Made by a program: the position numbers and the translations under genes | IMG/VR virus record: IMGVR_UViG_3300036770_003657 | Coordinates: 335,797-399,796 of that record | DNA: 64,000 nt | Strand: one strand, 5' to 3' | Shown here: in pieces, positions 46,561-55,654 of the stretch | How the letters are laid out: every line of letters begins with the position of its first letter | Position numbering within the stretch: the stretch's first letter is position 1 | Notes under the pieces: model-generated | What the model was told of the DNA's origin: nothing | Databases searched by the model: none | Seen by the model: the letters and a program-made list of their open reading frames with translations, nothing else

Positions 46561-46751
46561 GGCCTCCCTTGTTCTAATCCTCCTATATTAGGATTATCTA
46601 CTATATCATTACCATCGTATTGTGTGGGCAATTTAGTTATATCATAAGTGCTAGGTCTGTCTGTTGCTGCTCTTTTTATTGCTGCTAGATCTAGTTTAGC
46701 TTTTTGACGTAGCTCTTTGGTAGCTAGTGTACTGATTCCATTTTGCGCCAT
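46551..46751 (-). CDS. Small hypothetical protein
   Basis: MAQNGISTLATKELRQKAKLDLA...GRPW; GGAG RBS. Confidence 0.65.
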   Translation of the reverse strand: MAQNGISTLATKELRQKAKLDLAAIKRAATDRPSTYDITKLPTQYDGNDIVDNPNIGGLEQGRPWS

Positions 46752-46768
46752 AGCAACTCCATTTTGAA

Positions 46769-46784
46769 TATTTATCAATAAATA
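46769..46784. promoter_or_regulatory. Back-to-back late promoter cores
   Basis: TAAATA on minus (46769-46774) and on plus (46779-46784, 8 nt before the hemA ATG). Confidence 0.65.
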
Positions 46785-46792
46785 CTAGTACT

Positions 46793-47989
46793 ATGATAGA
46801 TAAAATCCACTTCAAACGCTTAATCGGCGACTTAAAAGATTCGGGCAAATATCGTGTGTTCAACAATATAGTCCGTGAAAAAGGTAAATTTCCAAACTCA
46901 ATATGGTACGGTCCATACGCAATCAAGAACATCGTTAACTGGTGCTCTAACGATTACCTCGGAATGGGTCAGCACAAAGTTGTCATAGACGCAATGCACA
47001 CTGCACTAGATCAAACTGGTTCAGGGTCAGGTGGTACTAGAAACATCGGCGGGACCAGTACTTATCACGTTGCTTTGGAAACAGAACTAGCATTCTTACA
47101 TCGTAAGGATCGTGCTTTATTATTCAGCAGTGCTTATGTGGCTAATGAATGGAGTCTTATAGCACTGAGTAAAATTGTACCTAATATACACTTTGTGAGC
47201 GATAGTAAAAATCACAATAGTCTAATAGTAGGTATCAGTCATAGTAAGGCTCCGAAAACCGTGTTCACACACAACGATATGGAAAACCTTGAAAGCATAC
47301 TTAAAGCAGTTAGAGATGCTGGAGAGACTCCTTGCGTAGTGTTTGAAAGCGTATACAGTATGGATGGCGATGTTAGCACGATGACTGAAATATGTGACCT
47401 TGCTGACAAATACGAAGCCATTACCTATATTGATGAAGTACACGCAGTAGGCCTATATGGTGAACGTGGTGCAGGTAAGTTGGAAGAACTTAAACTACAA
47501 CATCGTGTGGACATTGTAAATGGTACATTAGGTAAAGCATATGGTGTACAAGGCGGATATATAGCGGCAGATAGTGAAGTGGTAGATGCTATACGCAGTG
47601 TAAGTCATGGCTTTATCTTTACTACAAGTATGAGCCCTGTTAGTTGTGCTGGTGCATTATCAGCAGTTAAATTTCTTAAAGAACATAATGAAATAAGAGA
47701 AAAGCATCAGGAGCGTGCCAATAGACTAAAAACATTATTGAAACAAAATGATCTTCCACTTATGAATACTAGTACACATATTGTGCCAGTGCTTGTAGGC
47801 AATGCTGTTCGTGCTAAGGCAATGAGCGATGCCCTACTAGAAGATCATAACATATATGTTCAACCTATAAATTATCCTACAGTGGCAGTAGGCACAGAGA
47901 GACTACGTTTTGCTCCAACTCCATATCATGATGATGGTATGATGGAGAAGTTAATTGTGGGATTGAAGGATATTTTTAGTCGGATTTAA
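46793..47989 (+). CDS. hemA: 5-aminolevulinate synthase (C4/Shemin pathway)
   Basis: [56 protein letters not shown] (PLP Lys), [15 protein letters not shown]. Confidence 0.93.
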   Translation: MIDKIHFKRLIGDLKDSGKYRVFNNIVREKGKFPNSIWYGPYAIKNIVNWCSNDYLGMGQHKVVIDAMHTALDQTGSGSGGTRNIGGTSTYHVALETELAFLHRKDRALLFSSAYVANEWSLIALSKIVPNIHFVSDSKNHNSLIVGISHSKAPKTVFTHNDMENLESILKAVRDAGETPCVVFESVYSMDGDVSTMTEICDLADKYEAITYIDEVHAVGLYGERGAGKLEELKLQHRVDIVNGTLGKAYGVQGGYIAADSEVVDAIRSVSHGFIFTTSMSPVSCAGALSAVKFLKEHNEIREKHQERANRLKTLLKQNDLPLMNTSTHIVPVLVGNAVRAKAMSDALLEDHNIYVQPINYPTVAVGTERLRFAPTPYHDDGMMEKLIVGLKDIFSRI

Positions 47990-48416
47990 GACTAGCACGT
48001 AACATCCATCCGTGTTTGTTATGTGCATCAATCCTACCAGCAATGAAGTCACTAAAGCCATATTCATTATGGCTTTCACTTGCTTGAAATACTAATTTCA
48101 ATAATTTTATAATTCTTAAATTATCTTCTAATAGAGTAGCCACCATTTGCTCTTTGGGCAATATACTGACTTCATCCTCTATTTGGGTTAACATACTAAA
48201 TCTGCTAAAACTAGCTGGTACGTATGTGCCTAATCCTCTGATCTGTTCGGCAAAAACATCTATACTTTCAAATACTTCCTCGTATATATCCCCAAACAAT
48301 TGATGATATTGAGCAAAATCAGGACCTTCTACATTCCAATGAAAGTTATGTGCCTTTAGGTAAAAGGCAAATGTAGTACTAAAAGCTACTTTGGCTGCTT
48401 TGTGTAGTTCGTCCAT
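47976..48416 (-). CDS. dps: Dps / ferritin-like protein
   Basis: [24 protein letters not shown]...D..AEQIR. Confidence 0.92.
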   Translation of the reverse strand: MDELHKAAKVAFSTTFAFYLKAHNFHWNVEGPDFAQYHQLFGDIYEEVFESIDVFAEQIRGLGTYVPASFSRFSMLTQIEDEVSILPKEQMVATLLEDNLRIIKLLKLVFQASESHNEYGFSDFIAGRIDAHNKHGWMLRASLKSD

Positions 48417-48848
48417 TTAGCACCAACTCTGCTTGGCCTCACCGTAATACTCACGGGCAAATCCGTTTTTAATTAATTGACTGCGTAGGCTTACACCATT
48501 TAGTACGATATCACCTAGTACACGACCACCATATTTGTCCCAACCATATAGTATGACTTGGTGCTTTTGCGTACTGGCCACAGCATTTTGTGTAAACTTG
48601 CTGGCTGCTTGTCCACGTTGATCTTCACTGGCACATTGTGCTCTATGTCCTTTCTCTGGAGTATCTACTCCAAATATACGCACACTTAATTGTGGCTTTA
48701 GGGGAGCGGGTAAGAAAGGTGCTTCAATGACCACTGTGTCACCATCAGTGACTTTTAATATTTTGGCATCGTAGGTTACGCCATTAGGCATCTTTTGTGC
48801 CATGGCCATTAAGGGTAAAAAGAATAGGGCTATTAGTAATTTTTTCAT
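48417..48848 (-). CDS. Exported thermonuclease (SNase family)
   Basis: Signal peptide; VTDGDT, VRIFGVDTPE, DKYGGRVLG. Confidence 0.9.
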   Translation of the reverse strand: MKKLLIALFFLPLMAMAQKMPNGVTYDAKILKVTDGDTVVIEAPFLPAPLKPQLSVRIFGVDTPEKGHRAQCASEDQRGQAASKFTQNAVASTQKHQVILYGWDKYGGRVLGDIVLNGVSLRSQLIKNGFAREYYGEAKQSWC

Positions 48849-48859
48849 AGTAATATTTA

Positions 48860-49279
48860 TTAAAAACTGTTATTGAACCATCCAACTTTGCGTCCTTCTG
48901 CTATACGGCGATCATGCTCTTCTGGTGTACTAGGATAACGCCAGGCCCATACAGCCACACAGAGCATAAACACACTAGTATATATTATGCCGCGTATGGG
49001 CACTCCTCCTGTGTACATAAGTACTAGGCTCAACGTCATACTGGCCAGCATAAAGAATTTTAACTTTAAGGGAAACACACGTTTAGTATTCCAGTCTGTT
49101 AGAAACTTACCAAATATACGATGATTCATAATCCAAGCATGTAAGCGTGGACTGGATCTAGCAAAGCAATAAGCAGCACCTACTACGAATGGACTATATG
49201 GTAATCCTGGAGTAATGACTCCTATATAGGCCATGCCTACGCTAATAAATCCCAAACACATCCATAGATACTTTTTCAT
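48860..49279 (-). CDS. ybaN: YbaN/DUF454 inner membrane protein
   Basis: GVITPGLPYSPF..AAYCFARSSPRLHAWIMNHRIFG. Confidence 0.88.
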   Translation of the reverse strand: MKKYLWMCLGFISVGMAYIGVITPGLPYSPFVVGAAYCFARSSPRLHAWIMNHRIFGKFLTDWNTKRVFPLKLKFFMLASMTLSLVLMYTGGVPIRGIIYTSVFMLCVAVWAWRYPSTPEEHDRRIAEGRKVGWFNNSF

Positions 49280-50145
49280 AATCTTCCCCAACTATTTTCG
49301 CTCTTGCGTGCCTGTAGATCAAAGCCATTTGAACATAAACGTCGCTGACACATTATAGGATCTGTAGGCCAGTTTATATTGTCCATATATAAATTACCTA
49401 TTGATCCACCTTGCTCACACCATCCTCGGTACACGTCACCAAACTTATCTATTACAAATTGTTCAACTCCGGCCCAACACATATGTCCGTGATACTCGTT
49501 TAATCTATGTAACTTTTTATACTCAATTTGATCAACTATTTGTTCTTCACCTACATCTTTATCTCTGTAATAAAAATTTAATTGTTGTTCGCTGTACTGA
49601 TAATAGTCATTATTACCTTTAGTAAAATTTTTATACAATAATTGTATTTCAGGTGTATATCCTCTGACTTCTAGTAAGTCTTTTATCTTTATGATGTCAT
49701 TCCAATATTTGGGAGTAATCGGTAGTTTCACTGTAACATCTACATTTTTCTCTTTAAGTTTTTCTAATACAAAGATCAAGTGTTCAACTGGTAGGAAGTG
49801 TAGATGATAACTTATGTTTACTCTATTGAAAAATTTACCATACTGATCCCACCAACTAATTTCTCTACTTCCGTTGGTTTCTAAAACAATTCGTTTATTT
49901 GGATTTGGTATAGAATTATTTAATGCCCATTCTAGTCCTCTGAACACTGTGGGCTCACCACCTATTAGGCTTAATTCAAAACTATCAAAATGGTCATAGA
50001 CTTTGGCAAAGCCTCTGACAAATACTAAGGGATCTGGTAGGCCAATACTGCCAGACTTTAGTATGTCTGGACAGTATTCGCAGTTGAAATTACAATGATT
50101 GGTAAAGTTCCACTGTATTCTTATTGGTTGATATATGCCAGCCAA
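49276..50145 (-). CDS. Radical SAM protein with SPASM/twitch-like C-terminus
   Basis: CNFNCEYC, GGEPT, CWAG...GDVYRGWC...C....C. Confidence 0.88.
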   Translation of the reverse strand: MAGIYQPIRIQWNFTNHCNFNCEYCPDILKSGSIGLPDPLVFVRGFAKVYDHFDSFELSLIGGEPTVFRGLEWALNNSIPNPNKRIVLETNGSREISWWDQYGKFFNRVNISYHLHFLPVEHLIFVLEKLKEKNVDVTVKLPITPKYWNDIIKIKDLLEVRGYTPEIQLLYKNFTKGNNDYYQYSEQQLNFYYRDKDVGEEQIVDQIEYKKLHRLNEYHGHMCWAGVEQFVIDKFGDVYRGWCEQGGSIGNLYMDNINWPTDPIMCQRRLCSNGFDLQARKSENSWGRL

Positions 50146-50633
50146 GAGTCCTGCCTTACATTGAATGGTATTGCTCTACGCTTATTTACCAATTCAAAGT
50201 ATGCTGGCTTGTAGGGCTTGACCTTAGGCTTCATCCTAGTATCACTGCCCTTGGCTGCATTGCAGGGTCCACAGGCTGTGACAGTGTTATCGAACACAGT
50301 CTTGCCACCTTGGCTCACAGGCTTAACATGATCCAATGTACAGTCTTTTTTCTGTAGGTGTTTGTCACAGTATAGGCAAGTATAATTGTCTCTTAGGAAC
50401 ACATTGCTCTTACTGAATCTTACATAGCTTTTTGGCTTAGTATATTCTCTGAGCATGATAATACTGGGCACAAAGGTTTCCCAATTAACACTGCGTACAA
50501 TCCAATTCTCATACCATTCAATCACAGAAGCCTTATCCAATACCATATAGCGGATTGACTCTTGCCAATTAATTGTGCTAAGAGGAAGATAGTTTAAAGG
50601 TTGTCCGTCTGCGTTAAGAACTAGTGTGTCCAT
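50121..50633 (-). CDS. HNH endonuclease
   Basis: RDNYTCLYC, TLDHVKP..QGG, TACGPCNAAKG; TTGACT-17-TATAAT at 50656-50684. Confidence 0.92.
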   Translation of the reverse strand: MDTLVLNADGQPLNYLPLSTINWQESIRYMVLDKASVIEWYENWIVRSVNWETFVPSIIMLREYTKPKSYVRFSKSNVFLRDNYTCLYCDKHLQKKDCTLDHVKPVSQGGKTVFDNTVTACGPCNAAKGSDTRMKPKVKPYKPAYFELVNKRRAIPFNVRQDSWLAYINQ

Positions 50634-50676
50634 AATTTACTACTCAAAAAATTGTATTATACTACCGGTCCTGTGT

Positions 50677-51225
50677 TTAGTCAAATATTGATTGGACGAA
50701 ATCGTTGCTACTACGTTCTAAACTTTGGAGCCATTGATCCTTAAGGTCGTGATGAAATACCAAATCATAATTAGCACTGCTTATTAACCAACTAGCATTA
50801 CGATCTCTAGGTGGAGCACCATCATATTCTTCTTGTAGTTGTTCTGGGCTCCAACCACATAGGCCTAAGAATAACCTAAAGTGTTTAGGAGCATCACCTT
50901 CACCCAATCTTGGCAATAGGTCATCACTGCTACTGATACTAAACTCTTTATTAATACGCATGGTATTAGATCCTGCCCATTCACTGCTATGCAACATGGT
51001 AAGTGCCTTAATATTAACAGGACCGCCCACATATATATAACCTGGTATGTTTAATCTTTCACCTATTTGCTCTGTAAACTCAGCAGTACTAACGCTACTG
51101 CGTTTGTTCAAAAGTAAACCCATACTGCCGTTTACGTGATCTTCTGTGACAAAAATAACACTTTTATACCAAAATCCTGTTTTCATTTTTGGTGGGGCAA
51201 TTAATAATTTTCCGGTAAAATCCAT
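50677..51225 (-). CDS. yqgE: YqgE/AlgH (DUF179) family protein
   Basis: LLIAPP, SVIF..E..GSMGLLLNK, GGPV, LGLCGWSPEQLQEE. Confidence 0.88.
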   Translation of the reverse strand: MDFTGKLLIAPPKMKTGFWYKSVIFVTEDHVNGSMGLLLNKRSSVSTAEFTEQIGERLNIPGYIYVGGPVNIKALTMLHSSEWAGSNTMRINKEFSISSSDDLLPRLGEGDAPKHFRLFLGLCGWSPEQLQEEYDGAPPRDRNASWLISSANYDLVFHHDLKDQWLQSLERSSNDFVQSIFD

Positions 51226-51227
51226 TG

Positions 51228-52049
51228 TTATCCTATATCACTTATATTAGAAATAAGAGCTTGAGCAAAGGCTATTCTTTGATTTTTATGTAATCCTGCA
51301 CTTCTTTCATAATGTTTATCAAAAATAATTGCTGCTTCCTCTGCTGTCCTAGCTGTACTTAGCATTGATGCTGCTTTCTTTTCAGTATTTTCTAATTCCC
51401 ATTGTACAAATGCTAATTGCTCGCCTAAACTACTCTGTCTAATATCCTTACCAAATGCTTTTCTAAATAGCTGTTGCCTATCTGGATGCCACTGAGCAAT
51501 CCCGTATGCTCTACCTTTATCACCTACAGCATCAATTTGTAAATCCCTTCCGCTCTCTGCCTGTAGATTACCCACTATACCTGCTGCTTGTTCTGGACTC
51601 CATCCTTTACTGATAAAATATTTTACTGCATCTTTAGTATTTTTTGCAGAGTCTAATGATGCCACACTGGCCTTGGCACGTGCTCTAGTATCTTTATCTA
51701 TTCTACTATTTGGACCTTGTTTTACTTGGCTAACAACCTTTCCTGGTTTGACATCTGCTTCAGTACTTTTGACAAAACTAATCTTTTGATCTTTTAATTT
51801 TTTATTAATTAAGTCAATCATGGCCTTGTCTGGACTACCATCTTGAGTAAGAGCATTATCCTTTTCAAATTGTTTTATAGCATTATTAGTTTCTGGACCC
51901 CTGAACCCATCTACTCCATGTATAGGCAACTTATATCCTAGGGCCAATAATGCCTTTTGTAAATCTGCCACTGCTGGACCGCGTGTTCCTCTTGGTACCA
52001 TAATTTGTGAAGTTGATTGTACAAAATCAACAAACTCTTTTAACCTCAT
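51228..52049 (-). CDS. Peptidoglycan-binding domain plus phage tail lysozyme domain
   Basis: VADLQKALLALGY...VDG..GPET..AIKQF; AAGIVGNLQAESG, YGIAQW...R. Confidence 0.88.
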   Translation of the reverse strand: MRLKEFVDFVQSTSQIMVPRGTRGPAVADLQKALLALGYKLPIHGVDGFRGPETNNAIKQFEKDNALTQDGSPDKAMIDLINKKLKDQKISFVKSTEADVKPGKVVSQVKQGPNSRIDKDTRARAKASVASLDSAKNTKDAVKYFISKGWSPEQAAGIVGNLQAESGRDLQIDAVGDKGRAYGIAQWHPDRQQLFRKAFGKDIRQSSLGEQLAFVQWELENTEKKAASMLSTARTAEEAAIIFDKHYERSAGLHKNQRIAFAQALISNISDIG

Positions 52050-52288
52050 TCCCCATTACCTTTCCAAACTGGCAATGGACCTCCATAATTGCCACCTTTG
52101 ACTTTTTTACCTTTAATGCTTTTACGCTTTTTGTTTATGGTAAATTGTTTTTCCGTATCCCTAGCACGAAACCCTTGGCTCTTACAGCTACTTAGTTGGC
52201 TGGCACCTAACTCACTATCAGGCTTAGTACTCTTACATAAGGTTCTGCTGGCTTTACCACTTTCTGTAATAATTTCATCTATTTTCAT
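52046..52288 (-). CDS. Basic hypothetical protein with MKIDEIITE N-terminus
   Basis: Start moved to the ATGA overlap at 52288. Confidence 0.65.
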   Translation of the reverse strand: MKIDEIITESGKASRTLCKSTKPDSELGASQLSSCKSQGFRARDTEKQFTINKKRKSIKGKKVKGGNYGGPLPVWKGNGE

Positions 52289-52581
52289 TCGCAATTCCAA
52301 CGGCGTAAAGCTTTGTTAATTGGGCTATTTGGATCTCTTTTAGTTTTAGCACTAGCATGGGCTTTTTTCATACCTCCCATTCTAGCACAAAAACTACTTC
52401 TACGTTTATCACTTTTACTACCTTTCTTAATCTTACTTGGCTTTGTTGTCACTGCTGTTTTTAACTTACTACCTGGATTTTCCCTACGGTACGCTTTTAC
52501 AGCCTTATTACTCATACCATCAGTATTGTCATTCTTATTGACTTTTTGCCAATCTTCGTTTAAGATTTCGTAGATTTTCAT
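52285..52581 (-). CDS. Basic conserved T4-like hypothetical protein
   Basis: MKIYEILNE; SFCARMGGMKK...SPINKALRRWNC; TAAATA at 52587-52592. Confidence 0.7.
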   Translation of the reverse strand: MKIYEILNEDWQKVNKNDNTDGMSNKAVKAYRRENPGSKLKTAVTTKPSKIKKGSKSDKRRSSFCARMGGMKKAHASAKTKRDPNSPINKALRRWNCE

Positions 52582-52585
52582 AACA

Positions 52586-53407
52586 TTATTTATCGTAGTC
52601 TAACCATTCGTATAGATTCAGCCAACTACGACGACCTATAGTTTCTTTAAGGTGTTTTAGATCAGCCTGTGCATTATCTCTATAAAAGGGGCGTAATTCA
52701 GCATCTACGTCGTTATATTCTAAAGTGGCTCCTTCTTGTTCGGCTATGTATTCCGCTATGTCCATGTAACTATGATTGAGTCCAGTGCCTACATTCCATA
52801 TACCACTGCCCTTTACAGTATTGATAAAGTCCCAATGTAGTCGTACAACATCACCTACCCATACCCAATCACGTTTGATCTTATCTGCCCCACGCCATAC
52901 TGTGATCTTGCCTTCTTTACGAGCCTGTTGACGCCATTTGTGTAGGGCATTAGGGTCACTCTTAACATTTTGCCATTTACCATATACAGTGAAATACCTA
53001 AAACCCTGTACAAAACTACTATGACTTCGACTAAAAGCGTATCTATCAAACAAGTATTTGCTCCAAGCATAGGGTCCTTGTGGCACACAGGCAGCACCTT
53101 CTTCAAAGTTATTAGTATTGCCATATACTTTATGTGAACTAGCATATTGAAGATTAACTCCATGATGCTGACATTCATCTAATAGCCAATGACTAAAATC
53201 ATAGTTCTGTGCTAGTACAGTTTCAACATCAAGGGTATGCGTATCTGTTATGGCACCCAAATGTATGACCCAATCATAATGTCTAACTATAGGTCTGTTA
53301 ATAGGATCCCATTCATATCCATCTACATGTACACCTTCTTGTTTATGGAGAAAGGCACACATATTACGTCCTATAAAACCAAGATGCCCGGTGACCAATA
53401 TACGCAT
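52586..53407 (-). CDS. hldD: NAD-dependent epimerase, ADP-L-glycero-D-manno-heptose 6-epimerase-like
   Basis: LVTGHLGFIG, YASS, YAWSK (YxxxK), RYFTVYG, KRDWVWVGD; start moved to 53407. Confidence 0.7.
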   Translation of the reverse strand: MRILVTGHLGFIGRNMCAFLHKQEGVHVDGYEWDPINRPIVRHYDWVIHLGAITDTHTLDVETVLAQNYDFSHWLLDECQHHGVNLQYASSHKVYGNTNNFEEGAACVPQGPYAWSKYLFDRYAFSRSHSSFVQGFRYFTVYGKWQNVKSDPNALHKWRQQARKEGKITVWRGADKIKRDWVWVGDVVRLHWDFINTVKGSGIWNVGTGLNHSYMDIAEYIAEQEGATLEYNDVDAELRPFYRDNAQADLKHLKETIGRRSWLNLYEWLDYDK

Positions 53408-53424
53408 TTTACACCTCCTTGGTG

Positions 53425-53453
53425 TTGACATATACTTTAATATATAGTAGTAT
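53425..53453 (+). promoter_or_regulatory. Sigma70-type promoter at the strand switch
   Basis: TTGACA -17- TAGTAT. Confidence 0.55.
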
Positions 53454-53460
53454 TTACAAC

Positions 53461-53943
53461 ATGGACAAATATAAAGACTTTCCAGAAAAGCCAAGGCGTA
53501 TGACCGACGCTGAGGGTGAGGAATACTTCGGTCGAATTGTTAGGGCTATTGAACACTTTAATCCCACAATGATCGTGGGTGTGGCACGTACTGGTTTGAT
53601 ATATGCTACTTGGGTAAGCCAGGTATTAGCAATACGTGATATAGGTATCTACTACCCAGGTAAGGATAAATTATTAATGCCAAATATGAATCCAGAACGT
53701 GTGGCCTTTGTGGATGATAACACGGTCACTGGAGGTAGTTATCTCAAGTGTAAACAGTTAATGGCACGTGATTATCCACAAACTGAATTTGTTTGGGCAG
53801 TATTGTATACAGATTGGAATACTCCTGAACACATAAGAAATGAATTAATACAAGGGACTAGGCTTCCTTATTTTGCCGAGGAACCTTTTTGGGGTAGTAA
53901 GAAAATAAGCAAAGACTATGGAGTAAGATTTAGAGATGAGTAA
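53461..53943 (+). CDS. Type I phosphoribosyltransferase
   Basis: IVGVARTGL; VAFVDDNTVTGGS (PRPP loop). Confidence 0.8.
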   Translation: MDKYKDFPEKPRRMTDAEGEEYFGRIVRAIEHFNPTMIVGVARTGLIYATWVSQVLAIRDIGIYYPGKDKLLMPNMNPERVAFVDDNTVTGGSYLKCKQLMARDYPQTEFVWAVLYTDWNTPEHIRNELIQGTRLPYFAEEPFWGSKKISKDYGVRFRDE

Positions 53944-54370
53944 AGGCAGCAATTTAACAGCATTTGATTTGGATGGAGTATTCATTCCTGATTGTGACCA
54001 AATTCCAGATTTAGGTGATCACGAAGCCTATTTGAATTTGACTATGTATATGCAACCCGTATTCAAACCAGTAGGTGAATGGATCCTACTAACAGGTAGA
54101 CCAGCAGAATATGAGCACGTTACCAAAAGTTGGTTGCTCAAATATTTTACTAATCAACCCAAAATGATCCTTCATCAAAGAGATGCTGAAAAGGAAACTA
54201 ACGAAGAATACAAATTGCGTATGATTAAGGAACATGATATTGATGTCTATATAGAAAGTGATAAAAAAATCGTGGATCACTTAAAAGGTAATTTGGATGT
54301 GGATAAAAAGACTATACAGCATTTCAGCGAGTTCTGTGAGTTGTATTTGAACTACAACGCAGGAGCTTGA
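53936..54370 (+). CDS. HAD-superfamily phosphatase-like protein
   Basis: AFDLDGV, LLTGRP, K...IDVYIESD. Confidence 0.78.
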   Translation: MSKGSNLTAFDLDGVFIPDCDQIPDLGDHEAYLNLTMYMQPVFKPVGEWILLTGRPAEYEHVTKSWLLKYFTNQPKMILHQRDAEKETNEEYKLRMIKEHDIDVYIESDKKIVDHLKGNLDVDKKTIQHFSEFCELYLNYNAGA

Positions 54371-54395
54371 CAATATCTAAGTTTTCGCATATAAT
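54367..54395 (+). promoter_or_regulatory. Consensus sigma70 early promoter
   Basis: TTGACA (54367) -17- TATAAT (54390). Confidence 0.85.
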
Positions 54396-54423
54396 AGACT
54401 ATGGTTAACAAATAGGTGATTGT

Positions 54424-54675
54424 ATGCGAAAACTTGCCGCTTTTTTACTATCAATGAGCATTACTGGATGCTCTAGTATCCAATTTAAAGAGCCATTATG
54501 TCCTGGCACTAGAAGCTATGATGTACAACTCTGTAGGGGTGAAAAACCTTATATCATTCCTAATCCACCTGGATTCGCTTTTCAACAAGAAGCCAAATGC
54601 AACAAGTGTATAGACATAGATCAAAACTGTGTCTGGGGTGTACCACAACATTGTAAACCCAAATGGAGACAATGA
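54424..54675 (+). CDS. Cys-rich lipoprotein-like protein
   Basis: Lipobox-like ITGC; several Cys. Confidence 0.55.
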   Translation: MRKLAAFLLSMSITGCSSIQFKEPLCPGTRSYDVQLCRGEKPYIIPNPPGFAFQQEAKCNKCIDIDQNCVWGVPQHCKPKWRQ

Positions 54676-55043
54676 TGAAAATTACTGTGCGTAATCCATT
54701 ATATCCTATTCGTGATCGTTATTTCTTTGACATACCAGAGTTTAGGGAATATGAAGGTGTGGAAACTACGCTCAAACACATTGACAGCGTACAATACCTA
54801 TGCCTCACTACAGGCATAAAAGATTTTCCCGTTCGTGTAATTGATAGGAGTACGATAGTGAATAGCGAAAAACAACCACTTTTCGCCCTTGATGAATTTT
54901 TTGGTGTCACCGAACGTCTTAAGGTGGAAGGTAGTAAAGGTGCTGTATACGAACTAACTAAGACCAATGGCAAATGGGCCTGTACCTGTCCTGGTTTTGA
55001 ATACCGTAAGGATTGTAAGCATGTTAGAAACGCCGGAACATAA
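54672..55043 (+). CDS. SWIM zinc-finger protein
   Basis: VEGSKGAVY...WACTCPGF...CKHV. Confidence 0.8.
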   Translation: MMKITVRNPLYPIRDRYFFDIPEFREYEGVETTLKHIDSVQYLCLTTGIKDFPVRVIDRSTIVNSEKQPLFALDEFFGVTERLKVEGSKGAVYELTKTNGKWACTCPGFEYRKDCKHVRNAGT

Positions 55044-55269
55044 AGACCTATTGGGTCGTAAGGTTGGGGTTGGATCATTTGTGGCCTTTACCCAAAACAA
55101 TAGACTGTTCGTTGGTCGTGTAATAAAATTAAACAGACAAATGCTGCGTATTGAACGTATTAAACATACCAAATGGATGGCTGATCAGACCAATAAGTAT
55201 TCATATGATTGTGTGGTCATTCCAGATAAGGATGTGGACTTTTATATACTGAGGAATATTACAAAATGA
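55021..55269 (+). CDS. Hypothetical protein (SH3/KOW-like)
   Basis: DLLGRKVGVGSFVAF...GRVIK. Confidence 0.6.
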   Translation: MLETPEHKDLLGRKVGVGSFVAFTQNNRLFVGRVIKLNRQMLRIERIKHTKWMADQTNKYSYDCVVIPDKDVDFYILRNITK

Positions 55270-55466
55270 AAATGAGTAGCGTGGAAGTTGGCCTATTCAA
55301 ACTGCCTGGTGTAGTATTTGAGCGTGATGTTCTCACTCCAGAGAAAGTAGAACAGATCAATGCTTGGTGTGCGGAAAATAACTGCGGCAAGCAAATGACT
55401 GACCTACTTTGGAGTTTTAAAAAGCCCACACAGCGTGACATGTTCATACTACGGTGGAGTGAATAA
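55266..55466 (+). CDS. WFxLRW-family small protein
   Basis: Central AWC; ends RDMFILRWSE. Confidence 0.75.
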   Translation: MKMSSVEVGLFKLPGVVFERDVLTPEKVEQINAWCAENNCGKQMTDLLWSFKKPTQRDMFILRWSE

Positions 55467-55654
55467 TGTATACGATTAAGTCTGAGCACATCTTACTTCG
55501 TGCATCAACACACTATTATTCAGAAGTATGGCAGGGTGGTAAGTTAGGAATGCTAGATTGGCTTGATAAGGAGTTTGGTGCTAGAACAAATGACGGTGTT
55601 ATTTATTTTAAAACAGAAGCCAAGCGTAATTGGTTTGCTCTAAGATTCTCATGA
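55466..55654 (+). CDS. WFxLRW-family small protein
   Basis: Ends RNWFALRFS. Confidence 0.75.
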   Translation: MYTIKSEHILLRASTHYYSEVWQGGKLGMLDWLDKEFGARTNDGVIYFKTEAKRNWFALRFS

